The notes beneath the pieces are model-generated. The model searched no databases. It saw only the letters and a program-made list of their open reading frames with translations, and was not told where the DNA came from. DNA of 64,000 nt, from the NCBI GenBank assembly GCA_963707985.1, contig CAVPRW010000014.1, positions 32,001 to 96,000 of the forward strand. Direction: 5' to 3'. The position numbers were made by a program, and so were the translations under genes. Below are positions 1 through 8,550 of the stretch, piece by piece (position 1 is the first letter of the stretch; each line of letters starts with the position of its first letter). Source of the stretch: an uncultured Nitrospinota bacterium. GTDB taxonomy: Bacteria > Tectomicrobia > Entotheonellia > J063 > CAVPRW01.

Positions 1-1
1 A

Positions 2-103
2 ACCCGTCTCGTCTGGGGCAGCACCGCAGAAGGGGTCGTCCGCCACGGCCCTTGCCCCGTCGTGGTCGTGCCGCCCACCGCAGCCACTGATGACGCGAAC
101 TGA
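2..103 (+). CDS. Universal stress protein, C-terminal end (partial)
   Basis: Frame 2 reads TRLVWGSTAEGVVRHGPCPVVVVP...*, the typical USP C-terminal GS-x-A-x-x-V-x-R-x-x-x-CPV motif. Confidence 0.8.
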   Translation, partial: TRLVWGSTAEGVVRHGPCPVVVVPPTAATDDAN

Positions 104-194
104 GACGAGGCGGGGGCAGGGCTCCGGTCGCCCTGGCGCCACCGACAGCCGCGCCTCGCCAACGCATCCACCCGTGTTGGAAAGGTAGGAACCC

Positions 195-2648
195 GTGCCG
201 ACCAGCAAGACCACGTCCGCCGCTGATGCGATCGACCTGGGTCGCGCCCCCCTGGAGCAGGTGCTGGCGAGGCTCAGCGCGGATCCGCTGGCCGGGCTCT
301 CAGACGCTGAGGCCGACGTCAGACTCCGGCAATACGGGCCCAACGACGTCCCGGAACGGACACCGCACCCGCTGCGTCAGTTCCTGCAGAAGTTCTGGGG
401 GCTCTCCGCCTGGATGCTCGAGCTCATCATGGTGCTGTCGTGGGTGCTGGGGAAATCGGCCGATCTCGTCGTGGTGAGCGGGTTGCTGATGGCCAATGCG
501 GTGGTGAGCTTCATCCAGGAGCGCCGTGCCTCTGGAGTGATCGACACGCTGCGCCAGCGCCTGCAGGTGACCGCGAGGGTCCTCCGCAATCGCGCGTGGC
601 AACTGATCCCCGCGCGCAGCTTGGTCCCCGGCGACATTGTCCGCCTGCGGGCGGGCGACTTCATCCCCGCTGACGCCAGAATGCTCTCTGGCGAGCTGAG
701 CATGGACCAGTCGGCTCTCACCGGGGAGTCGCTGGAGGCGGACAAGCGTCCGGGGGAGCTCCTTTACTCCGGCTCGGTGGTGCGTCGGGGCGAGGCCACG
801 GCCGTGGTGATCCTCACCGGGGCGCGCACCTACTTTGGTCGCACGACCGAGTTGGTGCAGCGCGCTCAGCCGAAGCTGCACGTGGAAGAGGTGGTATCCC
901 GTGTAGTGGGCCGCCTATTTGTGATCGTCGGGCTCCTGGTGGCTGTGGCCGTCGCGCTCTCCGTCGTCCGCGGCGTCCCCCTCCTCGCGATCCTGCCGCT
1001 GACGCTGGTGCTGTTCATGAGCGCTGTGCCCGTCGCGCTCCCCGTCATGATCACCGTCAGCACGGCCGTGGGCTCGCTGGAGTTGGCGAAGAAGGGGGTG
1101 CTGGTGACGCGCCTCAGCGCATCTGAAGACGCGGCGACGATGGACGTCCTCTGCGTGGACAAGACCGGCACCCTCACGATGAATCGACTCGACGTCACCG
1201 GCGTGGTCCCACTCCATGGGTTCGCCCCGAAGGAGGTGCTGATGTATGGAGCGCTGGCGTCGGAGGAGGCGAATCAGGATCCGATTGACCTGGCGTTCCT
1301 CGCGGCGGCCCGGCGACTGGACGGCGCCGATCAGACCTCTTCCATCAGGACGCTCCAGTTCACGCCATTTGACCCGCGGACGCGTCGCACCGAGGCCCTC
1401 ATCGAACAGGAGGGAGGGCGTGCGCGCGTGATGAAAGGCGCCGTGCCAGTTGTGGCTCAGGCGTGCGGCCTCGACCGGGCCGGCCTTGCCGATCTGGAGG
1501 CTCGGGCGCGCGCCCAGGCCGAGAGGGGCTATCGGGTCTTGGCCGTGGCTCGCGGTCCAGAACATGCCAGCCTCGAACTGGTCGGCTTGGTCGCACTGGC
1601 CGATCCGCCGCGCCCCGATGCAACCGCGCTGATCGCGGCGCTGCGCGACCGCGGGGTGGCGGTGAAGATGCTCACCGGAGATGCGCTCCCGGTGGCCCAG
1701 GAGATCGCCCACACGGTGGGCCTGGCGACCGTCCGACGGGTCGCCGATCTCAAGGCCACCGCCGCAGGTGGCCCATCGCCGGCTGATCTCGCGGAAGGGA
1801 CCGATGGCTTTGCCGAAGTCTACCCCGAAGACAAGTACACGGTGGTGGAGCGCCTGCAGGCGGCGGGACACGTCGTCGGCATGACGGGCGACGGCGTGAA
1901 CGATGCCCCGGCCTTGCGACAGGCCGAGGTCGGTATCGCCGTCAGCAATGCGACCGACGTCGCCAAAGGCGCCGCGAGTGTCGTGCTCACCGATGAGGGC
2001 CTCTCCGGTATCGTCACCCTGGTGGAACAAGGCCGGATGATCTATCAGCGCATTCTCACGTGGATCATCAACAAGATCAGCCGCACGATCCTGCAATCCG
2101 CACTGGTGACCATCGCGTTTCTCGTGACCGGCCGATTCGTCATCTCGGCGTTTGGCATGCTGCTCCTCCTCTTCCTCACCGACTTCCCCAAGATCGCGCT
2201 CGCCACCGACCACGTGCGCTGGTCGCGACGACCTGAGACGTGGCGTGCGACCGGTCACCTCCAGGTCGCGGTCGCCCTGGGCGTGGTCATGGTCATCGAG
2301 GCGTGTGGGTTGCTGGCGCTCGGCTGGCGAGCGTTTGATCTGAGGGCCGACAACGAGGCGCTGCACACCTTTACGTTCCAGACGCTCTTCTACTTCGCGC
2401 TGTTCTCGATCCTGTCCATCCGCGAACGACGGCGGTTCTGGGCCTCCCGACCCAGCGGCATCCTCATCCTGGCGTTGCTCCTCGATGCCCTCGTGGGGAC
2501 CGTCCTATCGACCACGGGCGTCCCGGGGCTCGCGCCACTGCCGTGGGCGCAAACCTTGGTCGTCTTTAGCTATGCGATGATCTGCTCCCTCGTCGTGAAC
2601 GACGTGCTGAAGGTGGCCTTGATGCGGCGCGTGGGGTTACGCACATGA
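195..2648 (+). CDS. P-type ATPase, plasma-membrane proton-efflux type (P3A)
   Basis: TGES, DKTGTLT, MTGDGVNDAPAL motifs; PVALP in TM4; Asp in TM6 (LTDFP); 817 aa. Confidence 0.85.
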   Translation: MPTSKTTSAADAIDLGRAPLEQVLARLSADPLAGLSDAEADVRLRQYGPNDVPERTPHPLRQFLQKFWGLSAWMLELIMVLSWVLGKSADLVVVSGLLMANAVVSFIQERRASGVIDTLRQRLQVTARVLRNRAWQLIPARSLVPGDIVRLRAGDFIPADARMLSGELSMDQSALTGESLEADKRPGELLYSGSVVRRGEATAVVILTGARTYFGRTTELVQRAQPKLHVEEVVSRVVGRLFVIVGLLVAVAVALSVVRGVPLLAILPLTLVLFMSAVPVALPVMITVSTAVGSLELAKKGVLVTRLSASEDAATMDVLCVDKTGTLTMNRLDVTGVVPLHGFAPKEVLMYGALASEEANQDPIDLAFLAAARRLDGADQTSSIRTLQFTPFDPRTRRTEALIEQEGGRARVMKGAVPVVAQACGLDRAGLADLEARARAQAERGYRVLAVARGPEHASLELVGLVALADPPRPDATALIAALRDRGVAVKMLTGDALPVAQEIAHTVGLATVRRVADLKATAAGGPSPADLAEGTDGFAEVYPEDKYTVVERLQAAGHVVGMTGDGVNDAPALRQAEVGIAVSNATDVAKGAASVVLTDEGLSGIVTLVEQGRMIYQRILTWIINKISRTILQSALVTIAFLVTGRFVISAFGMLLLLFLTDFPKIALATDHVRWSRRPETWRATGHLQVAVALGVVMVIEACGLLALGWRAFDLRADNEALHTFTFQTLFYFALFSILSIRERRRFWASRPSGILILALLLDALVGTVLSTTGVPGLAPLPWAQTLVVFSYAMICSLVVNDVLKVALMRRVGLRT

Positions 2649-2696
2649 CGCCCCCACGGGAATGGTTCCCGCCCATTGCACGCGCGTGTGGTGACA

Positions 2697-2920
2697 GGTA
2701 ACTGTAACGGCGCGATACTATAAGCCGCTCTGCCCGAGACCATCGCCGTTTTCAGCCTAGATTCAGACTCTTACGAACTTTTAGTGAAGTGTCTTCAGCC
2801 CAACGCATTAAGTTGAAAAAGTTATTGGAGCGATAGCCCCAAACATGGCTAAACTGCGTATATGCCTGGATCACAAAGACTTCCGGGCAGCCTTCACCAA
2901 GAGTGCGTAAGAGCCCACAT
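2697..2920. repeat. Repeat copy 1: MITE-like core 2768-2913 plus conserved left flank
   Basis: Near-identical to 7110-7297; ends ctcttacgaacttttagtgaag / cttcaccaagagtgcgtaagag are ~22-bp inverted repeats; no transposase. Confidence 0.85.
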
Positions 2921-3013
2921 TCGCTGCCAATATCCCCCAGGCGCTCCCGGCGAGGCTTGCGTGTCAAGGCTCGCCACGACGTCGTTGGTCATCGACACTG
3001 TTGGTGGAGCTGT

Positions 3014-3820
3014 TCATTCATGAAGGGACGTGATCCACGCCCGCAGGACATCCATCTCCCTCTCATGCAGGCGGTGCTTCGGAGCGATCCGGCCGGCTGC
3101 AGACCGCACGCCCACGACCTCGAAGAGTCGGCTCTCACCGGGCCTCCCGGGCGTGACCCACTGGATGCCGCCTTGCGCCTTGCGCAGTGCGCCGGTGGTG
3201 TCCGCACGGAGGCCTGCGGCGGGCTCGTGGGCACCGTGGCAGGCGGCACAGCGCTCCGCGAGCACGCCAGCAGCCTGGGCGTTGACGGCGTCGCGGGCGG
3301 CCGCGCTGGTGCCTGACTCCGGTTCAGCCTGGGGCGTCGTGTCCGGCGTTGAACCTGACGGGGACGGCGCGGCTCTCTCAGCGGCGGTTCCCGGTGTCGT
3401 AGGAGCTGCTCCCGCCGTGGGGTCATCTGCGAGCGGATGGAGGGGAGCGTCCATCGGTCGCACCGACACATGGGCCGCCAGCGCCAGCGCCGTCAACGGC
3501 AGCGCCGCAGCGGTCAACACCGTGAGCCCCGCGAGACGCGGTGACCGCGCCGCCCATGCGGCCACCCCGAACCGCCGGCTTAGGCCCATGACCAGCCAGC
3601 GCCAGTGTAGGGCCACATGCACCGCAAGAACGGTGAGGAGGGTCACGCTGATCCAGGCGTGCACGGTGCCCCAGTGATGACGTAGTAGCCCCCAGAGGAT
3701 GTGGGTGCGGTTGGTCCCAGGCGGCAGCACGAACCAGAGGAGATAGCCGGTACCCACCAGGGCCGTCAGCAGGGCCGCCGCGACCGTATCGATCAGTAGG
3801 TTGAACACACCCCTGTTCAT
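3014..3820 (-). CDS. DUF4405-like membrane domain fused to c-type cytochrome
   Basis: TM helices with HHWGTVHAW and HVALHWRW; C-terminal CAACHG haem motif and PGRPGESRL; start taken at MNRGVF. Confidence 0.75.
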   Translation of the reverse strand: MNRGVFNLLIDTVAAALLTALVGTGYLLWFVLPPGTNRTHILWGLLRHHWGTVHAWISVTLLTVLAVHVALHWRWLVMGLSRRFGVAAWAARSPRLAGLTVLTAAALPLTALALAAHVSVRPMDAPLHPLADDPTAGAAPTTPGTAAERAAPSPSGSTPDTTPQAEPESGTSAAARDAVNAQAAGVLAERCAACHGAHEPAAGLRADTTGALRKAQGGIQWVTPGRPGESRLFEVVGVRSAAGRIAPKHRLHEREMDVLRAWITSLHE

Positions 3821-4025
3821 GGATCCCCCGGATGGGAGGCCAATGGCCTGTGGACCGCGGACCGCCTTGGGCATGATGGCCTCGCAGACCGCGGCCCTGA
3901 CTTACCTCCAGCTTACCCAGAGCGACGATGACCTGATATCCTTGACACCCGTGTGGATTGGAGCACCGGTCGTGCGGTCGCTCCACGCTGGACACACGTC
4001 AGGGATGCAGAGAGCCGCCCTGCGG

Positions 4026-4805
4026 TCACGACCCCATGAGAGCGGTGACATTGGTGATCAAGAGAAGACATGCCACCGCCAGAACAAACCCAGCAAACAG
4101 CTTGCGTAGCGTGTGCTCCGGGATGCGTCCTGCCAGCGCGAGCCCGAGCCACATGCCGATGAGGGCGACGACCAGGAAGCCCGCAGTCAGGACCCAGTCT
4201 AATGCGGTATACCGGAGTTGGCCCACGAGGCCCGCGATGGAGTTCAGGGCAATGATCGCCAGTGACGATCCCACTGCCCTCCTCATCTCCAGGCCAGCGA
4301 AGAACACCAGCATCGGCACCAGCAAGAACCCGCCACCCACGCCCAGGAAGCCTGTCAACACACCCACCGCCGCGCCAATCATCAGACACCGCAGAGGGCG
4401 ACACGCGCCTGTGCCCTCCGTGGCTCGGCGCCCCCGCAGCATGACGCCCCCGACCACCAGCATGAGACAGGCGAACAGCAGCAGCAACACCGAGGATGGG
4501 AGAAGATGCGTCAACCCCGCCCCAACGTAGGCCCCCGCCATGCCTGTCAGCGTAAAGAGCCACGTCGCCTGCACATGGACGTGACCACGAAGATACTGGA
4601 CGACACCGCCGATCAGGCTCGTGGCGCCCACGACCGCCATAGACATCCCGACGGCCTGTTGGGTCGGGATACCAGCCACGTACACCAGCACGGGTAGGGT
4701 AACAATGGCTCCACCGCCACCGAGCAAGCCGAGCGATAACCCGATCACAAGGGCCAGCACCAGCGCCAACGCGAGTCCCCATGTCATAGACGTTCCTTGC
4801 GCCAC
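4026..4805 (-). CDS. Sulfite exporter TauE/SafE family protein
   Basis: Twice-repeated GLLGGGG / GFLGVGGGFLLVP motif, about 8 TM segments. Confidence 0.9.
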   Translation of the reverse strand: MAQGTSMTWGLALALVLALVIGLSLGLLGGGGAIVTLPVLVYVAGIPTQQAVGMSMAVVGATSLIGGVVQYLRGHVHVQATWLFTLTGMAGAYVGAGLTHLLPSSVLLLLFACLMLVVGGVMLRGRRATEGTGACRPLRCLMIGAAVGVLTGFLGVGGGFLLVPMLVFFAGLEMRRAVGSSLAIIALNSIAGLVGQLRYTALDWVLTAGFLVVALIGMWLGLALAGRIPEHTLRKLFAGFVLAVACLLLITNVTALMGS

Positions 4806-4808
4806 ATG

Positions 4809-5900
4809 TTACGTAGACGCCACAGGAAGGCCCGCTTTCGCCCAAGCCGTCATCCCTCCTGCCAGCACGTACACATGCGTGAAGCCGGCCTGCATCAGAA
4901 TCTGAGCCGCAGAATGGGCGCGCCCCCCAGAGCGACAGATGGTCACCAGGTCCGCGTCTTTGAATGCCTCCAACGCTGACAACCGCCCGGTGAGACTGCC
5001 GATCGGGATGTGCGTCACTCCGGGGAGATGGCCGAGCTCCCCGGTGAGCTCCTGCGCCTCCCGCACGTCCAGCAACAGCAGGGGCTGCTGCTCATCGAGC
5101 CGTCGCTTGACCTCCTGAGCAGGGATGGTGGCGACTTGGAGGTCATTGGCACTATGAGCCAGGGTGCCTTTCACCTCGCATGCTGGGGCATCCACGGGAA
5201 TCCATGCGGCGTTGGGATCCCGGGCGCAGGCGTAGTTAGCCTGCAGCACGTCCTTCATCCAGTCCGCCGGGCCAAGCTTGAGGTCCTCTACGAATGTGAC
5301 GTATTCGTCCTTGGACCGCGGCTGGAGGAAGGGGTTGCGTTGCTTCTGCTCGGCGAGACTTGAGGGCTGCCGGTGGCGGTATTCGTGGGCTGGATAGACG
5401 ACGAGGTGCTCGGGGAGCGTCAGAATCCTCTGCAGACTCTCCCAGTGCTCACCCGGGTCACCCCCCGGCAGATCGTCACGCCCAGCGCCGCCATCGTCCA
5501 GGAACAGCACATCTCCGACCAGCAGGCGATCGGGAAAGATCAGGGTGACCGAATCCTTGGTGTGTCCAGGCGTATGCATGATTTTCACCGGGATCTCCCC
5601 CAAGTGGCACTCAAACCCGTCGATGATGCGGAAGCTTACGCAGTGCGCTGGCGCCTTGGTATGCATGACGTACTCACAGTCCGTCTGATCTTTGAGCGCC
5701 GCGCCGCCCGAGAGATGGTCTGCGTGCGTATGCGTGTCAATCACGTGGGTCAACTTCCACTGCTCCTGATCCAGCAGCGCTAAATAGTCGTGGACGTGCT
5801 CAAGCACCGGATCAATCAGCACGACTTCAGTCGACCCTTGGGTGCCGATGAGATACGTGCGACAGGCATGGGGATTGAGCTGACGGAAGATGATCTCCAT
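4809..5900 (-). CDS. MBL-fold persulfide dioxygenase-like protein fused to rhodanese
   Basis: THTHADH, HTPGHT and YPAHEY motifs; C-terminal rhodanese with CRSGGRA and LAGGMTAW. Confidence 0.9.
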   Translation of the reverse strand: MEIIFRQLNPHACRTYLIGTQGSTEVVLIDPVLEHVHDYLALLDQEQWKLTHVIDTHTHADHLSGGAALKDQTDCEYVMHTKAPAHCVSFRIIDGFECHLGEIPVKIMHTPGHTKDSVTLIFPDRLLVGDVLFLDDGGAGRDDLPGGDPGEHWESLQRILTLPEHLVVYPAHEYRHRQPSSLAEQKQRNPFLQPRSKDEYVTFVEDLKLGPADWMKDVLQANYACARDPNAAWIPVDAPACEVKGTLAHSANDLQVATIPAQEVKRRLDEQQPLLLLDVREAQELTGELGHLPGVTHIPIGSLTGRLSALEAFKDADLVTICRSGGRAHSAAQILMQAGFTHVYVLAGGMTAWAKAGLPVAST

Positions 5901-5993
5901 GGGTGTTCCTCCTCTCGTTCACTGAACGTTCGGCGTCAACCGCTGCCGGAAGCGGGGGAGCCGCGGACGCTGGAGGCCGTCAGCTGTACGCCG

Positions 5994-6290
5994 TTATACG
6001 GGTACAGCCGAGATTCCGGCGAACGGGTCATGAGCCTGGTGAAAAGGCACCAGCGTTGCCCCGATGGCCCGGACGCCATCGAGGAAGGCGGCACTGGCAG
6101 GTCGTGGCGGGCGGTCAGGCTGGAGGCCAGGGCCGGCGAGGATACGGACACTACGCCCGTGTGCCACAAACTGCTGCGCCACGGCACGGATCGGCGGAAT
6201 GTTACCACCTCCCTGAAACATGACAAAGAGAAATCGGATCGGTCGCGCACGCGACGACGCGGGTTCATCCATCACGACAATTCTGCGCAT
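5994..6290 (-). pseudogene. N-terminal fragment of a GT-B (GT1-like) glycosyltransferase
   Basis: RFLFVMFQGGGNIPPIRAVAQQFVAHGRSVRILA resembles a GT1 N-terminus; stops after about 100 aa. Confidence 0.6.
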
Positions 6291-6337
6291 GCGACGACTT
6301 TTGCTGGCGTGCAAGACGCACCCTTTCCGGGTAACTG

Positions 6338-7081
6338 GTTGGGTAAGGAGGTGGTATCGCTACCACCCCCTCCCCGAAGAACTGGGCGTGCGACTCGCGC
6401 CGCACCCAGCTCAAGCAACTGGCCGACGCTTCAAGGTCTCCGATAGCACACCGGTGGATCGGTGCTCCAGAGTGACGTTTACCCGACTGGGTATCCAACT
6501 TTTCCTCTGGATAAGCGCTCGTCTCCTCGTCGTGTCGACCAGCCACCCGACCACGTCAGCCCCCTTTCGGGGTGGGCAGGGCCCTATCCGGCGGGTTATG
6601 TATTCCCCGTGCCTTTCGGCTGCCGGCCTTCGCTTCTTGGCCGTCCTGTGCCCACTGTGGGTATCGCCCTCTCTTACGATGAGGTTACTGGATCGCTCCA
6701 GACCACAATGGGGTTTCCACGTTCCGCGTAGGCAAGCGACGTCGGGCGAGTTGGCCTCTCTACGCCGGGAGCCGGGCACCGTCTCAGCATGCTCGCTAAC
6801 CCTGCTGACCTTCGCTCCACGAAGGACGAATCAGCCACGTACGTCCCCACTCTCGTGACGACGCTTCAACCAAGGCTTCACTCGCGTTCAACTCGACTCC
6901 GACTTTTCCTCGCATAGATTTCGGGTGTGGCTCCCTAATGTCTTTTTGCGTTTACGGCCTGCTTGAGACCCCGCGATGACTCGCGACGCCCGGCCGTACG
7001 GAAACAGGCGTTCGGTGCTCGCCTGGCCTGGCCTCATCTTCGATGATCCAGACACTTGACCTATGCGACCTCGTGTCGCAC
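6338..7081 (-). ncRNA. Complete ORF-less group II intron (744 nt, IIB-like)
   Basis: Minus strand starts GTGCGACACG; domain V gagctgggtgcggcgcgagtcgcacgcccagttc; domain VI hairpin ending cccAAC; no RT ORF; removal restores ggtaactg|taacggc, seen intact at 2697-2711. Confidence 0.9.
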
Positions 7082-7297
7082 TAACGGCCCGCGAACATAA
7101 ATCGTCCTACCCGAGAACATCGCCGTTTTCAGCCCAGATTCAGACTCTTACGCACTTTTGGTGAAGTGTCTTCAGCCCAACGCATTAAGTTGAAAAAGTT
7201 ATTGGAACGATAGCCCCAAACATGGCTGAATTGCGTATATGCCTGGATCACAAAGACTTCTGGGCAGCCTTCACCAAGAGTGCGTAAGAGCCCAAAT
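7082..7297. repeat. Repeat copy 2: MITE-like core 7145-7290
   Basis: Direct repeat of copy 1; TIRs ctcttacgcacttttggtgaag / cttcaccaagagtgcgtaagag. Confidence 0.85.
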
Positions 7298-7398
7298 GCG
7301 TGGATAGAGATTTTTATACGTTTTCATGCGCTTCTGTGTCTCACCTTAACCGATCCAAAAAAAACGGCCAACAGAAGCCAGAAATCAGGAGACAAAAG

Positions 7399-7525
7399 CT
7401 ACTTCAAGACAGGGCCCACCACCACCCGCACCCCGATATTGCCGTTGAAGGTACCAGGACGATTGCGGGTGCGGTAGGAGACGCGGGCGTCCCTACGATG
7501 AACGTTCCAGGCGCCGCCCCGCAGC
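7399..7525 (-). repeat. DGR-type variable repeat (VR) of receptor A
   Basis: C-terminal CLec segment rich in NNY codons; 3' end shared with 11932-11980. Confidence 0.7.
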
Positions 7526-7601
7526 GTACGAAGGATGTCTCCTTCCGGATCGTGCAGTGTATCATCCAGATAGAGATAGTCCACATAGCGGCTCAAGGTC
7601 C

Positions 7602-8550
7602 TAGACTCGACCGGAGAATAGGCGTACAGAGATACCCGAGAAGAGCCTGGGCTCTTGTGCTGCTCCGCTCTTGGATCTCGCGCGCACGTCTCCTCACGCA
7701 GCGCGGCGACGGCCTGACCGCTCCGTGAGTCAGCGGTAGCGGTTTTGTCAAAGATCCCTCTCCCTGTGGCGGTCACCGCCTCCCAGCGGGCTCCTTCAGA
7801 CGCCGACGGTCGCCTGCCGATGGGGAAAGCGGTGGCTAGCGGTATGGCAGATGAGCAGAAACAGCCCAGCACACCATTCTTGCCCGCTTCTGTTCTCAGC
7901 TCTGGTGTGGTCTCGTGTACGCCAGTCGCGATATCGTCACCGGGACACCACATTGTCGGCCATCACACGCCAGAAGCCCAGTCCTGGGATGCCTACACCT
8001 GGTCCACACCACACCTGGCTGTCTTCCTCCCCGATCACCTCAACGGTCCAGGGGCCATGGTTTTCGCTGGCCCCGTGGGCTCGCACGACCGCCAGGATCT
8101 GCTCCGGTGTGAGCCGTCCCCGAGGGCGCTTCGGAAAGCCGCACTCGGTCAAGCTCTCAACCGCACGCACGCTCGGCCGCTTCGTCAAGAACCCCCACAG
8201 GATTGCCTGCATGAGAGGGTGGAATTTCCACCGCCGGCCCTTCGGCTGCCGGGGGTCACCGACGCATCGGTTGAAATCCCACGCCGCCTTGCGTCAGATG
8301 CGTGGCAACACGTGCGGCGAGCGCTCCCAGAATTTCCGGTACGATGGGGTCATACAACCCTCCTTGGTGACGAGACACGGGGGCTGAGGAGGCCCGCTGG
8401 TCGGCGGTCCTCCGCTGGATTGTCACCGAGGAGGGTACCTGTTGATGGCGAATGTACGACCACCTTTTCTGCTGTGGCTCCACACAGCTATGGGACGGCA
8501 GGAGCAGCAGCTTACCCGCCATCATTCCTTCTCATTACCGGTCAAGTCTA
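7602..8550 (-). mobile_element. Internally deleted ISAs1-like element (949 bp)
   Basis: TIRs tagactcgaccgg / ccggtcaagtcta; perfect 10-bp target duplication ctcaaggtcc at 7592-7601 and 8551-8560; degenerate transposase remnants (ILAVVRAHGASENH...ED). Confidence 0.85.

Noticed and set aside
915..2366. Long antisense ORFs (also 47263-48486 and 58788-59921)
   Set aside because: Shadows of well-supported genes in high-GC DNA
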